DNA of 64,000 nucleotides, from contig JBBDQN010000029.1 in NCBI GenBank assembly GCA_040905905.1, forward strand, positions 47,154 through 111,153, written 5' to 3'. Positions 20,919 to 30,363 of this stretch are shown piece after piece (position 1 is the first letter of the stretch; every line of letters starts with the position of its first letter). Source of the DNA: Acidimicrobiia bacterium. Lineage in GTDB: Bacteria; Actinomycetota; Acidimicrobiia; Spongiisociales; ZC4RG35. The position numbers and the translations under genes are program-made. The notes beneath the pieces are model-generated. The model saw only the letters and a program-made list of their open reading frames with translations. It ran no database searches and was not told where the DNA came from.

Positions 20919-21592
20919 ACTGCTACCTCCAGGTACGACGCCAGGGCGTGGGCCAGGGACTCGTGAGATGGGCGGGGAGCCAGGACCTCGGGCGGCCGGT
21001 GTTGAGCCACCGCCTCCAGCGTCCTGGCACCTATCACACCAACCACCAAGCCATCGAAGTCGCGGGATAGAAGCCATCCTTCCACGGCCGATGGGGAACC
21101 GAACGCGGCGGCTCGCACCCGGGTGGAATCAGGGGCCACGGGAACTGTCCGATAGACCTCGAAGTCCCGAAGATCGATGGCCTCTCGTCGGAGGTTCTCC
21201 AGAGTCACAGGATCCGATCCGGCGGCACGCGGAAAGACAACCCGGGCCGACGCCAGCCGGTCTCCGATTTGGGCAGTCAGATCGGCCAACCCCGATCGTC
21301 CTGACACCACCACCCGACCACCCCTGGCCACTACAGCGGCGGCAGTCTTTTCGCCCACCGCCGCTACCTCGGTGGTCGGCATGGAGCCACCGGGCCAGAG
21401 AAGGTCGACGGTCCGGACTGAGCTGATAAGAACCAGGTCGGCTTCCGAAGCGGCTTGTCGAGCTTGGACGAGAACAGAAGCCTTAGCGGATTCGACCCGG
21501 ATGCACGGGATCCAGACAGGATCGAGCCCAAGCTGGCGATATACCGGAGCTATTCCTTCGAAACGATCGGTGGTTATCGCCACGCGGCTCAA
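20915..21592 (-). CDS. hemD: uroporphyrinogen-III synthase
   Basis: [21 protein letters not shown]; position between hemC and hemB. Confidence 0.85.
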   Translation of the reverse strand: MSRVAITTDRFEGIAPVYRQLGLDPVWIPCIRVESAKASVLVQARQAASEADLVLISSVRTVDLLWPGGSMPTTEVAAVGEKTAAAVVARGGRVVVSGRSGLADLTAQIGDRLASARVVFPRAAGSDPVTLENLRREAIDLRDFEVYRTVPVAPDSTRVRAAAFGSPSAVEGWLLSRDFDGLVVGVIGARTLEAVAQHRPPEVLAPRPSHESLAHALASYLEVAV

Positions 21593-22449
21593 AGCTTGAG
21601 CTCCTTCCGCGCCTCCGCCACCACTGCTTCCGAGGTCTCGCCTAATACGACGGTACGACGTCGGCCCTGCTTATCGGCCACGAAGCATTCCAGTCTGATC
21701 CTGTCTCCCTGCCAGGTGGCATACGCACCAAGCGCCGACCGGCAACCAGCACCCGTCTCGGCCAATAAGAGGCGTTCAGTTGAGACAAGGGTTCGAAGCG
21801 AACCATCGTCAATACACCGAGCAAGTTCTGCGAATTCACTCGAAGCACGCGTTTCGACCGCCAAGGCGCCCTGGCCCGGTGCTGGCACCATCTGGTCAAG
21901 GTCGAGATGTTGACTGATCAAATCAGACTTTCCCAACCGATCGAGCCCTGCCTCTGCCAGCACAGCCGCATCGACCTCGCCGCTGGCCACCTTGCTGAGC
22001 CGCGTATCGACATTGCCTCGCAACTCCACTGTCCGCAGATCGGGCCTCAGGTCCAATAGCTGTGCAACCCGGCGGGGACTACCGGTCCCCACCACCGCTC
22101 CGGGAACAAGCTCATCGAGAGTCGCCCCAACCAGCACGTCAAAGGGAGAGGCTCGCTCGGGGAAGGCAGCGAGCACCAACTCCTCTGGCCCCCAAACCGG
22201 CAGGTCCTTCAAGGAGTGCACCGCCAGGTCGGCCCTGCCATCGACCACTGCCTCCTGCACAGAACGGACAAAGGCCCCAACCTGGCTGAGTTCGGCAATC
22301 GCACCTTCCTGGTCGCGGTCCCCAGAGGTGGAAATCTCGACCAAACGCACCACCAGGTCCGGAGTGGCGGCACAAAGTAGATTGGCTACCCGATTCGCTT
22401 GGGCGAGTGCCAGCACCGACCGGCGGGTGGCGATTCGTACCTCAGTCAT
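21589..22449 (-). CDS. hemC: hydroxymethylbilane synthase
   Basis: IATRRSVLALAQ, AVHSLKD, LRGNVDTRL, PAPGQGAL. Confidence 0.96.
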   Translation of the reverse strand: MTEVRIATRRSVLALAQANRVANLLCAATPDLVVRLVEISTSGDRDQEGAIAELSQVGAFVRSVQEAVVDGRADLAVHSLKDLPVWGPEELVLAAFPERASPFDVLVGATLDELVPGAVVGTGSPRRVAQLLDLRPDLRTVELRGNVDTRLSKVASGEVDAAVLAEAGLDRLGKSDLISQHLDLDQMVPAPGQGALAVETRASSEFAELARCIDDGSLRTLVSTERLLLAETGAGCRSALGAYATWQGDRIRLECFVADKQGRRRTVVLGETSEAVVAEARKELKL

Positions 22450-23623
22450 CATCGATTCCAAATGCTTCGGCCAGCATGTCCACTGCTTGCGTCCCACGTT
22501 CGGTGGAACCGATGAAAGAGATTGGTGGATGGAGAACCCGGCGAGCGACAGTGTGAGCAAGCTGCCTCAATATCTGTTCAGGATCCTCGGCCCCTGCCAG
22601 CCGATGCGCGAAACGCGATACCTCCTCAGATACCGCTGTCTCTGCCTGCTTGACCATCGCCGAAATCACCTCACCCACACGATCCGGAGCTGAGAGGCGG
22701 CGCCAAGTTTCGGCCACAGCCCTGGCCACGACCGCTTCCGCCTCAACGGATGGTCGGGCGGGTACCGATGAGGCAACCTCATCCACTCCCAGGTATCGGA
22801 CCGAACCATGGGTCTGAGGTCGTGGAAACCCCGGCGGCATGCCGAGGTCTATCAACAGCAAAGGCTCACCGCGTGAGCGGAGGGCGCGAGCAAGGACATC
22901 GTCGGCGAATAGTGGAACCTTGCCAGGCACCGTTGATATCACCACCGGATAGGTGGCAAGCGCCTCCGCTGCTCCTTCCCAACCGAGTGTCTGGCGACCA
23001 GCAACAAGCCCCGGCCTACGGGCAAAGATCGTGATCTCGGCGCCATCGAGGCGCTCGGCCGCCGCCCGGGCCATCGCGCCGCCGCCGAGAATCGCCACTC
23101 GCTCCGAAGGCGCCGCCGCGCTCGCAGCCAAAGCCGCTAAGGAGCCTCGAGGCGCATCGCCCAGCAGCCGCCGGGCGCTCCGGCCAATTCCGATCGCTGC
23201 TTCGAGCACTCTTCCCAAGCTTGCCGGAGACGAGGCGGTCTCTTGAAACACAGAAAACGCATGCCGGAACTGGCCGAGAACCTCGGGTTCTCCAATCAAC
23301 GGCGAATCCAGCCCGGCCGCAACCCGGCAAAGATGCTCAAAGGCGGCCTTGTCTGATCGAATCGCTCCCAGACCCAGGGCTGACCCGTCGCCATATAGGC
23401 AGGCCATCACGTCTGACGCCGACTCCGCAGCGGTGGCCCAAGCGATCTCCACCCGCAGACACGTGGACAGCAGGAAGGCTTGGTGGCCACTTCTATGAAG
23501 ACGGCCATGAGCCTGACGAAGCACGGCCCCCGGCAAGGACAACGGGGCGCGGTGGTCGGATAAAACCGCGGGATGGGCAAACGACAAGCTGGTCAAGCGC
23601 AGCACGCGGACGCGGTCCTCCAA
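22442..23623 (-). CDS. hemA: glutamyl-tRNA reductase (divergent)
   Basis: LSTCLRVE, HLCRVAAGLDS..IGE.EVLGQ, IDLGMP, LHPP; first gene of the hem operon; start uncertain. Confidence 0.85.
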   Translation of the reverse strand: MEDRVRVLRLTSLSFAHPAVLSDHRAPLSLPGAVLRQAHGRLHRSGHQAFLLSTCLRVEIAWATAAESASDVMACLYGDGSALGLGAIRSDKAAFEHLCRVAAGLDSPLIGEPEVLGQFRHAFSVFQETASSPASLGRVLEAAIGIGRSARRLLGDAPRGSLAALAASAAAPSERVAILGGGAMARAAAERLDGAEITIFARRPGLVAGRQTLGWEGAAEALATYPVVISTVPGKVPLFADDVLARALRSRGEPLLLIDLGMPPGFPRPQTHGSVRYLGVDEVASSVPARPSVEAEAVVARAVAETWRRLSAPDRVGEVISAMVKQAETAVSEEVSRFAHRLAGAEDPEQILRQLAHTVARRVLHPPISFIGSTERGTQAVDMLAEAFGIDDD

Positions 23624-23673
23624 ACGACGCCAGGACGATGGGCAAGATAAGGCCAGGCGTTGCTAGACAGCGA

Positions 23674-23700
23674 GTCGGAAACAATCCGACGGTCCGTCGG
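23674..23700. promoter_or_regulatory. overlapping palindromes upstream of the hem operon
   Basis: GTCGGA-N5-TCCGAC (23674-23690) overlapping the perfect CCGACGG-T-CCGTCGG (23686-23700). Confidence 0.35.
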
Positions 23701-23785
23701 CAGATGCCGTCGCAAACAGGGCTTCCCTGACTCCCAGTCGATCAGTCAGCATCCTCTGTCTGCGACACCTGCCAGGCTACGCCGA

Positions 23786-24922
23786 ATGGATGTCATCAAG
23801 TGGCTGCTTGACTCGGATCCGTCGATCCGTTGGCAGGTGATGAGTGATCTCACCGACGAACCCAACGACTCGGTGGCTGCTGAGCGATCCCGGATTGCCT
23901 TCGAGGGTTGGGGGGCTCGGCTGCTCGCACTCCAGGACCCGGACGGTCAATGGGGCAGGGACGTACTTCCAGTCTCAAACGAGACTTCGGGGGCGGGTCT
24001 TCCCGACGTTGCCACCCGAAGGTTTCTCCGTGACTTGCATCGGATCTCCCTCGACGATCTCGCCGGCTTCCTCGAAATCGACAGTGCGACCCTGTCCAAG
24101 TGGGAGAACGAACCAGACCCGGCAGACGAGCGGATCGGCAAGTACCGGGGTGCTCTGGATTGGATGAGGAACTCAATCGGCACCCTGAAGCCCGAGTGGA
24201 CCTCTACGACCTGGACCCTGTTGCTGTTACGTGACATGGGCCTCGACCCTGGGAGTGACCAGGCTCGCCGAGCGGTCGATCTGGTTCGGGACAATATCAA
24301 GTGGGACCATGACGGTCAGGACTACTTCGATGGAGAAGTAGAGCCATGTATCAACGGGAAGGCGGTCGCCCTCGGGGCTTACTTCGGCCAGAACGTCGAC
24401 GGCATCGTCGAGCGACTTCTCGGCGAACAGCTCGCCGATGGTGGGTGGAACTGTGAGGCGGAGAGGGGGTCGATCCGGTCATCGTTCAACACGACGATGG
24501 CGGTGCTCGATGGCCTATTGGAGTACGAGCGGGCTAAAGGAGCCTCCCCGGAGGTGACCTCCGCCCGTCGCAAGGGTCAGGAATATCTGCTGGAGCGACG
24601 GCTGCTCCGCCGCTTGTCGACCGGCGAGGTCATCGATCCCGCCTGGACCATGTTCTCGTTCCCCACGCGCTACTACTACGACGTTTTGCGAGGACTCGAT
24701 TACCTCCGAAGCACCGGCGTCGAGCCTGATGAGAGATCCGCCGAGGCGATCGACCTCGTGGAGAGCAAGCGGGACCCCGACGGGCGATGGCCTCTGGAGA
24801 ACACCCATCCCGGTCGGGTTCACTTCGACATGGAGGAAGGCGACGGCAAGCCGAGCCGCTGGAACACCCTGCGAGCGCTCCGCGTTCTGCGGTGGTACCG
24901 CGGATCGGGCTCCGAAGGGTAA
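23786..24922 (+). CDS. prenyltransferase/squalene-cyclase-like repeat protein with an internal XRE-type HTH insert
   Basis: WLLDSDPSIRWQ, QDPDGQW, EPCING, QLADGGWNC, KPSRWNTLRALRVL; residues ~59-135 form an HTH-like insert. Confidence 0.85.
   Translation: MDVIKWLLDSDPSIRWQVMSDLTDEPNDSVAAERSRIAFEGWGARLLALQDPDGQWGRDVLPVSNETSGAGLPDVATRRFLRDLHRISLDDLAGFLEIDSATLSKWENEPDPADERIGKYRGALDWMRNSIGTLKPEWTSTTWTLLLLRDMGLDPGSDQARRAVDLVRDNIKWDHDGQDYFDGEVEPCINGKAVALGAYFGQNVDGIVERLLGEQLADGGWNCEAERGSIRSSFNTTMAVLDGLLEYERAKGASPEVTSARRKGQEYLLERRLLRRLSTGEVIDPAWTMFSFPTRYYYDVLRGLDYLRSTGVEPDERSAEAIDLVESKRDPDGRWPLENTHPGRVHFDMEEGDGKPSRWNTLRALRVLRWYRGSGSEG
23800..23959 (+). repeat. dispersed inverted repeat block A (partner 49209-49368)
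   Basis: 8 mismatches in 160 nt by manual alignment. Confidence 0.9.
24726..24870 (+). repeat. dispersed inverted repeat block B (partner 49045-49189)
   Basis: 4 mismatches in 145 nt by manual alignment. Confidence 0.9.
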
Positions 24923-24934
24923 TAGCCTCCAAGG

Positions 24935-25117
24935 ATGCGGAAGCTGTTCCTGGTTTTGGCGGTGGCGTTGATCGTCCTTCTCGCCGTGGTGGTCATCGGA
25001 CCATCGCTCCCCGAGGAGAACGTCATCCGTGGCCTGAGTGAGGATATCCGTGACTTCTTTGCCGGGATGGGTAGGGGCTTTGGCGGCGGGTACCAGCCGA
25101 TCGGCCCCACGACCTGA
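24935..25117 (+). CDS. small (60 aa) membrane-anchored or secreted protein
   Basis: N-terminal hydrophobic helix and Gly-rich tail; fills the gap between co-oriented genes. Confidence 0.6.
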   Translation: MRKLFLVLAVALIVLLAVVVIGPSLPEENVIRGLSEDIRDFFAGMGRGFGGGYQPIGPTT

Positions 25118-25135
25118 GACTCGAAGGAAGGAACC

Positions 25136-26128
25136 ATGGCCGGGATCATCGATCTGCACGTCCACTACTACACGAACTCCTACCTAGCCGCGGTCGAGAA
25201 TGCCCCAACAACCACGGTGTATCGCCGTCAAACCGATGGGAGGTACGTTTGCAGCTGGCGAGGAGGTGTCGCCCTCACTGTGCCTCAGCCCCACCCTGAA
25301 GTTGCCGAACGCCTCGAGATGATGGACCAGACAGGTATCAGCCTGCAGGTCCTGTCGCTTCCCTCCCCCAGCACCTACTTCCTCCCACCAGGCGCGGCCG
25401 AGGATCTGTCCCGACGGGTCAACGAGGACTTCGCCGAGATCTGCCGTGACCATCCTGGGCGTTTCAAGGCATTGGCCGCCCTCCCCTTGCACGACACCGG
25501 ACGAGCCTTGGCTGTCCTTAGAGAGGCTCTCGACGATCTCAGGATGTCCGGCGTAATGATCCTGACCAATGTGGTCGGGGCCCCACTCGACGACCCCGGA
25601 CTCGAGGCGTTCTGGGAGGAGGCCGATGGACGAAGGCTCCTGGTTTATGTGCACCCCACCGTGCCGGAGGCATCACACTTAGACGAGTACGCCCTAGCCA
25701 TTGGTGTGGGATTCCTCCAGGACTCCACTCTGACCCTGGCGCGGCTCACATACGCCGGCATCTTCGAGCGTTATCCACAAATCCGATGGGTGTTCTCACA
25801 CTTGGGCGGGACCGTGCCGTTCATGCTCCCCCGCCTCGACAACTATCACCGGCAATTCCCCGAGTGTCGGGAGAAGGCCCCTCGTCTGCCTAGCGACTAT
25901 ATCCGCAGTCTGACATTCGACACCGCCACGACCCACCGGCCTGCCATCCGTTGCGCCGTCGAGACAATCGGTCTCGATCGGCTGGTGTTTGGCAGCGACT
26001 ATCCCCACATACCCGGTGGCGTTCAGCCCTTTGTGGCCGCCCTCGATGAGACCGGAGCAACCGGGGAGGCGATGGACGCCCTCGTCGCGGGAAGGGCGAT
26101 GCGTCTCCTCGTTGGCGAGGCGGTGTAG
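25136..26128 (+). CDS. amidohydrolase_2 family (ACMSD/LigW-like decarboxylase or hydrolase)
   Basis: IDLHVH, VYVHP, SHLGG..PF, FGSDYPH. Confidence 0.9.
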   Translation: MAGIIDLHVHYYTNSYLAAVENAPTTTVYRRQTDGRYVCSWRGGVALTVPQPHPEVAERLEMMDQTGISLQVLSLPSPSTYFLPPGAAEDLSRRVNEDFAEICRDHPGRFKALAALPLHDTGRALAVLREALDDLRMSGVMILTNVVGAPLDDPGLEAFWEEADGRRLLVYVHPTVPEASHLDEYALAIGVGFLQDSTLTLARLTYAGIFERYPQIRWVFSHLGGTVPFMLPRLDNYHRQFPECREKAPRLPSDYIRSLTFDTATTHRPAIRCAVETIGLDRLVFGSDYPHIPGGVQPFVAALDETGATGEAMDALVAGRAMRLLVGEAV

Positions 26129-26175
26129 CTGACTGTACGGCGGGCCGAGGTTGGGGCGTCTGGACCGATAGCGCT

Positions 26176-27069
26176 CTAGGTGATCCCGGTCGTGCTGGTC
26201 GACACCGATCGCGGGTCTCGCGTGCCCCACGATCCTTCAGACACCTGAGTGATGAACGATTCGAGTGTGGAGTTGAACATGTCGGGCTCCTCAAGGTTGA
26301 GGGTATGTCCGGTCCGGGGAAACATCACCAGTCCGGCAGTCGGTACCAGTCGCTTTAACGCCACTGAAGGCTCGATGGCGCCTTCGTCCTCGTCGCCGAC
26401 CATGACGAGGAGTGGAATCGCCATCCGACTCAGCTCCGTGGCATAGTCGTAGAGGGAGGGGCGCTCCTTCTGGAAGCCACGCATTGTCAGGGCCGATCCC
26501 TGGCTGGAATGTCCGGCCAGGGCCACCGTAAACTCGCTGTGTCCTCTGGGGTCCTTGTTCTGGAACTGGACCCGGGCAGGCCCCACTGCATAGCGCACTG
26601 CCACTGAGGCCGCTCCTTCCTCCTCGAATGCGCGGGCAATCGCCTCGCACTCCACCCGGAACGACTCCCGCTGATCGGGGCTGGCCCCGTAACCGACCCC
26701 GCCGATGGCCGCCGATCGCACCCTTTGCGGGGCCTGGAGGGCCATGTGCAAGGCACAGAACCCACCCATGGAAAGGCCGACCACGTGGGCATCGGTGGCC
26801 TCGAGCCCTGCCAGGACGTCGAGGGCGTCCCGCACCGCGTGTTGCTGCGAGTACGCATCGAGTCGGCCGGGGACCGACGACGGGACATAGCCGCGAGCGG
26901 CATAGGTGATACATCGGAAGCGGTCGGAAAAGTGTCGCACCTGCCCCGCCCAGCTCCTGTGGTCGCCGGCAAACTCGTGTATGAAGAGAAGTGGTGGGCC
27001 GGAGCCGGCTTCCTCGACATGAAGGGTCACGTCCTCGTCGACCGATGACGTCACGAGATGCGTGGCCAC
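26176..27069 (-). CDS. alpha/beta hydrolase
   Basis: HEFAGDHRSW, GLSMGG nucleophile elbow, GHTLNLEEP. Confidence 0.9.
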   Translation of the reverse strand: MATHLVTSSVDEDVTLHVEEAGSGPPLLFIHEFAGDHRSWAGQVRHFSDRFRCITYAARGYVPSSVPGRLDAYSQQHAVRDALDVLAGLEATDAHVVGLSMGGFCALHMALQAPQRVRSAAIGGVGYGASPDQRESFRVECEAIARAFEEEGAASVAVRYAVGPARVQFQNKDPRGHSEFTVALAGHSSQGSALTMRGFQKERPSLYDYATELSRMAIPLLVMVGDEDEGAIEPSVALKRLVPTAGLVMFPRTGHTLNLEEPDMFNSTLESFITQVSEGSWGTRDPRSVSTSTTGIT

Positions 27070-27214
27070 CGGGGACACGGTACACAGCGCCGACTGAGCA
27101 GCCGGTGACGAGGTGGAGGTGGATCCGCCCACCGGTGCGGTGGTGGAGATGAGCGGCAGCCGTCCAATAGTGTATGCGTCGCCGAACATGCCCAAGAAGG
27201 GACAGGGTCGAGTC

Positions 27215-27910
27215 ATGACGGTGGTGGTATCCGAGCCGATGCCGGAGGTCCGGCAGGTGCTGTTAAACCGGCCTGATCGCCGCAATGCGATCAACCTCGA
27301 GATGGTCTCAGAGCTGGCTCGGGCCATCGCCGGGCCCGGCGCCCGAATGGTCATCCTTGGGTCAACCAGTGAGGAGGCGCTCTCGGCGGGTGTCGATCTC
27401 GATCTCCCGGACGAGGAGCGTGCCCAAGTAAGCCGGGCTCTCTATCGCCTATATGAGTCGATGAGATCCAGCGACGCCATCGTGGTGACTGCGGTCACCG
27501 GCCACGCAGTTGGTGGTGGGGCGCAGCTGGTAATCGCCTCGGACGTCAGAGTCGGGAATCCGAGCACCTCGATCAGGTTCGTCGGGCCCGGGCACGGGTT
27601 GGCCGTCGGTGCATGGGGCCTGCCGGGCTTGATCGGACGAGGCCGGGCCTTGGACTTGACACTCGGCATGAGCACGGTGGACGCCGAGAGTGCACTGGCC
27701 ATCGGTCTCATCGATCGGATCGAGGACCGACCACTTGACTGGGCTCTGGCCTTCGCCCGCCATCTCACCGCTTTGCCCCCGGGAGTCGCGGCCGCCATCA
27801 AGCGGATCGTTGCCATACCGGATCCAATCCAGGCACTCCGTGCCGAGCGGGCGCATAACGATCGGTGGGACGGCCACATGCCCCCCGCAGACGGCCACGA
27901 CGGTGTCTGA
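27215..27910 (+). CDS. crotonase/enoyl-CoA hydratase superfamily protein (non-canonical)
   Basis: LNRPDRRNAI, SAGVDL, AVGGGAQL; both usual catalytic Glu residues appear absent. Confidence 0.85.
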   Translation: MTVVVSEPMPEVRQVLLNRPDRRNAINLEMVSELARAIAGPGARMVILGSTSEEALSAGVDLDLPDEERAQVSRALYRLYESMRSSDAIVVTAVTGHAVGGGAQLVIASDVRVGNPSTSIRFVGPGHGLAVGAWGLPGLIGRGRALDLTLGMSTVDAESALAIGLIDRIEDRPLDWALAFARHLTALPPGVAAAIKRIVAIPDPIQALRAERAHNDRWDGHMPPADGHDGV

Positions 27911-29513
27911 CCTCGACCTCCTCGACGCTGACCCTGCCCCCGACACCCTGAACCAGTGGGCCAGGCACCTGGGACATAGGGTCATCGACCCGGGCGGGCT
28001 GCGTGCAGGGCTCTCGTCGGGCCCGACGCTGTCTGCTGCCTTCGCTAAGACCGCCCGACGCCACCCACGCCGTGAGGCGTTAACGATCAACGGCCTCACC
28101 CTCAGTCATCAAGAAGTCGACGTTGAGGCGGCCCGGGCCGGAGCAGCGCTTCGAGGGTGGGGAATCGGGGCCGGGGATCATGTCACCGTGGTGGCCGACA
28201 CTGATCTGTCGGTGGTGATCGCCTATCTCGGGGCACTGCAGGTCGGGGCGATTGTCACCTTCGCCGACCCCACCTACACCGTTGCCGAGCTGGGCAGGGT
28301 GCTCGCTGCCAGCCATGCCGACATGGCGCTGGCGACCGGACCCTCGCTCGCGCTAATCGCCGAGGCAGGTGACGGGAGGCCCACTCTCGGCCTAAACGAA
28401 TCCGACCGTTACCTGGTCGCCCACGTACTCCACGACCGGCTTGCGGAGAACGTTTTCCCCGCACCTACTGACCCCGAAGCCACCGCCATCCTGGCCTTCA
28501 CGTCGGGGTCGACCGGTGCGCCCAAGCCGGTGCCTCTCACCCACCGCAACCTGCTGTCCTCGATGCGAGGAGCACTCATCGCCTGGCACTGGAGCGAAAA
28601 CGACCGGCTGGTGCACGCCCTGCCGGTCGGCCACCAGCACGGGCTGGGCGGAGTGCACGCTTCCCTTCTGACCGGAAGCCACTCGGTCATTCTGCCCCGG
28701 TTCGACGCAGAGGAGCTATTGGCCACCATCGGTCACCACGACGCCACCATCCTCTTTGCCGTGCCCGCCATCTACCAGCGGCTCGTCCTCTGCAAGGACA
28801 GCAAGGTCGAGGTTCTGGGCCGGCTCCGCCTGATGGTTTCGGGCTCGGCGCCGTTGCCGGTTCCATTGGCAGATCGGGTCCAAGGGCTCACGGGTCAGCT
28901 TCCGATCGAACGCTACGGCTCTACGGAGGCCGGTCTCGACGTCTCCAATCCCTATCGAGGGACCCGGATCCCGGGCACTGTAGGGCTAGCGTTGCCCGGT
29001 CTCGAGGTCGCCCTGGTCGGTGAGGATGATCGACCAGTGGACAGGGGGGAGAGTGGAGAGGTGGTGCTTCGAGGACCGCAGGTGTTCAGCGGCTATCTCG
29101 GGGCCGACGACGGTCAAGCCTTCCTCCATGGCTGGTTCCGCACCGGCGATGTCGGGACCGTCGATGAGGAGTCGGGTCATCTTCGCCTGGTGGGCAGGGC
29201 GAAGGAGATGATCATTACCGGTGGCGCCAATGTCTCTCCCAGAGAGGTGGAGAACGTGTTGCGATCCGTTCCCGGCGTCCTTGATGCCGCGGTGATAGGC
29301 GCCCCGTCCCCCCGATGGGGAGAGGAGGTCACGGCCTTCGTGGTCCTCGAGGGCTCGCCGCTCGAACGGATCACAGACGTGGTTGTGCGCAGCCTGGCCC
29401 CGTTCAAACGCCCCAAGCGAATCATCGAGGTCGCCGAGATCCCCAGGACCGAGACGGGGAAGGTGCGACAAGAAGCGTTAGCTCTCATGCTTGAGACCGA
29501 CACTTCGGATTGA
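27903..29513 (+). CDS. acyl-CoA synthetase (MatB/malonyl-CoA synthetase-like)
   Basis: FTSGSTGAPK, HALPVGHQHGL, ERYGSTE, WFRTGD, TGKV. Confidence 0.88.
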   Translation: MSDLDLLDADPAPDTLNQWARHLGHRVIDPGGLRAGLSSGPTLSAAFAKTARRHPRREALTINGLTLSHQEVDVEAARAGAALRGWGIGAGDHVTVVADTDLSVVIAYLGALQVGAIVTFADPTYTVAELGRVLAASHADMALATGPSLALIAEAGDGRPTLGLNESDRYLVAHVLHDRLAENVFPAPTDPEATAILAFTSGSTGAPKPVPLTHRNLLSSMRGALIAWHWSENDRLVHALPVGHQHGLGGVHASLLTGSHSVILPRFDAEELLATIGHHDATILFAVPAIYQRLVLCKDSKVEVLGRLRLMVSGSAPLPVPLADRVQGLTGQLPIERYGSTEAGLDVSNPYRGTRIPGTVGLALPGLEVALVGEDDRPVDRGESGEVVLRGPQVFSGYLGADDGQAFLHGWFRTGDVGTVDEESGHLRLVGRAKEMIITGGANVSPREVENVLRSVPGVLDAAVIGAPSPRWGEEVTAFVVLEGSPLERITDVVVRSLAPFKRPKRIIEVAEIPRTETGKVRQEALALMLETDTSD

Positions 29514-29526
29514 CACTTGGTATACC
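29510..29526 (+). promoter_or_regulatory. TTGACA -35 element plus GGTATACC palindrome (candidate GntR operator)
   Basis: TTGACA 29510-29515 and GGTATACC 29519-29526 upstream of the SDR; a GntR gene lies next to the SDR. Confidence 0.5.
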
Positions 29527-29562
29527 CTCGCCATTCACCAGGACAAGAGGACGGAGTAGCGA

Positions 29563-30360
29563 GTGGATCTGCGGTTGGCAGGCAGCAACGTGTTGATCAC
29601 CGGCGGCAGTATGGGCATCGGGCGGGCATGTGCCAGTTTGTTTGCCGAGGAAGGCTGCAACATTGCTATCAACGCCCGCCGGCCCGGGCCCCTGGAACAG
29701 GCGGCAGCCGAGATAGCGGGAAAGACCGGTGCCCGTGCCATCGCACTGCCGGGCGACATGAGCGTGCTGAGCGACGTGCAGCGGGTCACCGCTCAGGCGA
29801 TCGAGGGCCTGGGAAGCATCGACGTCCTGGTGACCTGCGCAGGTAGTTCGCCCGGTGGGTTGATGGAGGACCTCACCGACGAGCAGTGGTACTCCTCTCT
29901 GGGTCTAAAGTTCATGGGATACGTGCGCTCGATGCGCGCGGTGCTCCCCCACATGAGACAACGAGGGTCGGGCTCGATCGTCCTCGTGATCGGAAATGAC
30001 GGCCTCAAGCCGAGCTATTGGGAGACGACTGCGGGGGCAGCCAACGCCGCCGGCATAAACGTGGCCGCCTCGATGGCCGAGCAGTACGGCCCGCTAGGGA
30101 TCCGTGTGAACTCGGTGAACCCGGGCCCCGTGAATACCGGGCGCTGGGACGGTCTGGAGAAAGCGTTCGCCCGGGACAAGGGAATCACCCAGGAACATGC
30201 CCACGAGCTGACCGTTGCCAGCATCCCATTGGGGCGGATCGCCGAGCCCACGGAGGTCGCCGATCTAGTGGTTTTTCTGGCATCGGATCGTGCGAGCTTC
30301 ATAAACGGCGCCCACATCCTCGTCGATGGCTCCCAGCGCAAGGGGATCATGGACACCTGA
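29563..30360 (+). CDS. short-chain dehydrogenase/reductase (atypical active site)
   Basis: TGGSMGIG, VNSVNPGP, VDG; AGAANAA in place of YxxxK. Confidence 0.9.
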   Translation: MDLRLAGSNVLITGGSMGIGRACASLFAEEGCNIAINARRPGPLEQAAAEIAGKTGARAIALPGDMSVLSDVQRVTAQAIEGLGSIDVLVTCAGSSPGGLMEDLTDEQWYSSLGLKFMGYVRSMRAVLPHMRQRGSGSIVLVIGNDGLKPSYWETTAGAANAAGINVAASMAEQYGPLGIRVNSVNPGPVNTGRWDGLEKAFARDKGITQEHAHELTVASIPLGRIAEPTEVADLVVFLASDRASFINGAHILVDGSQRKGIMDT

Positions 30361-30363
30361 CCG

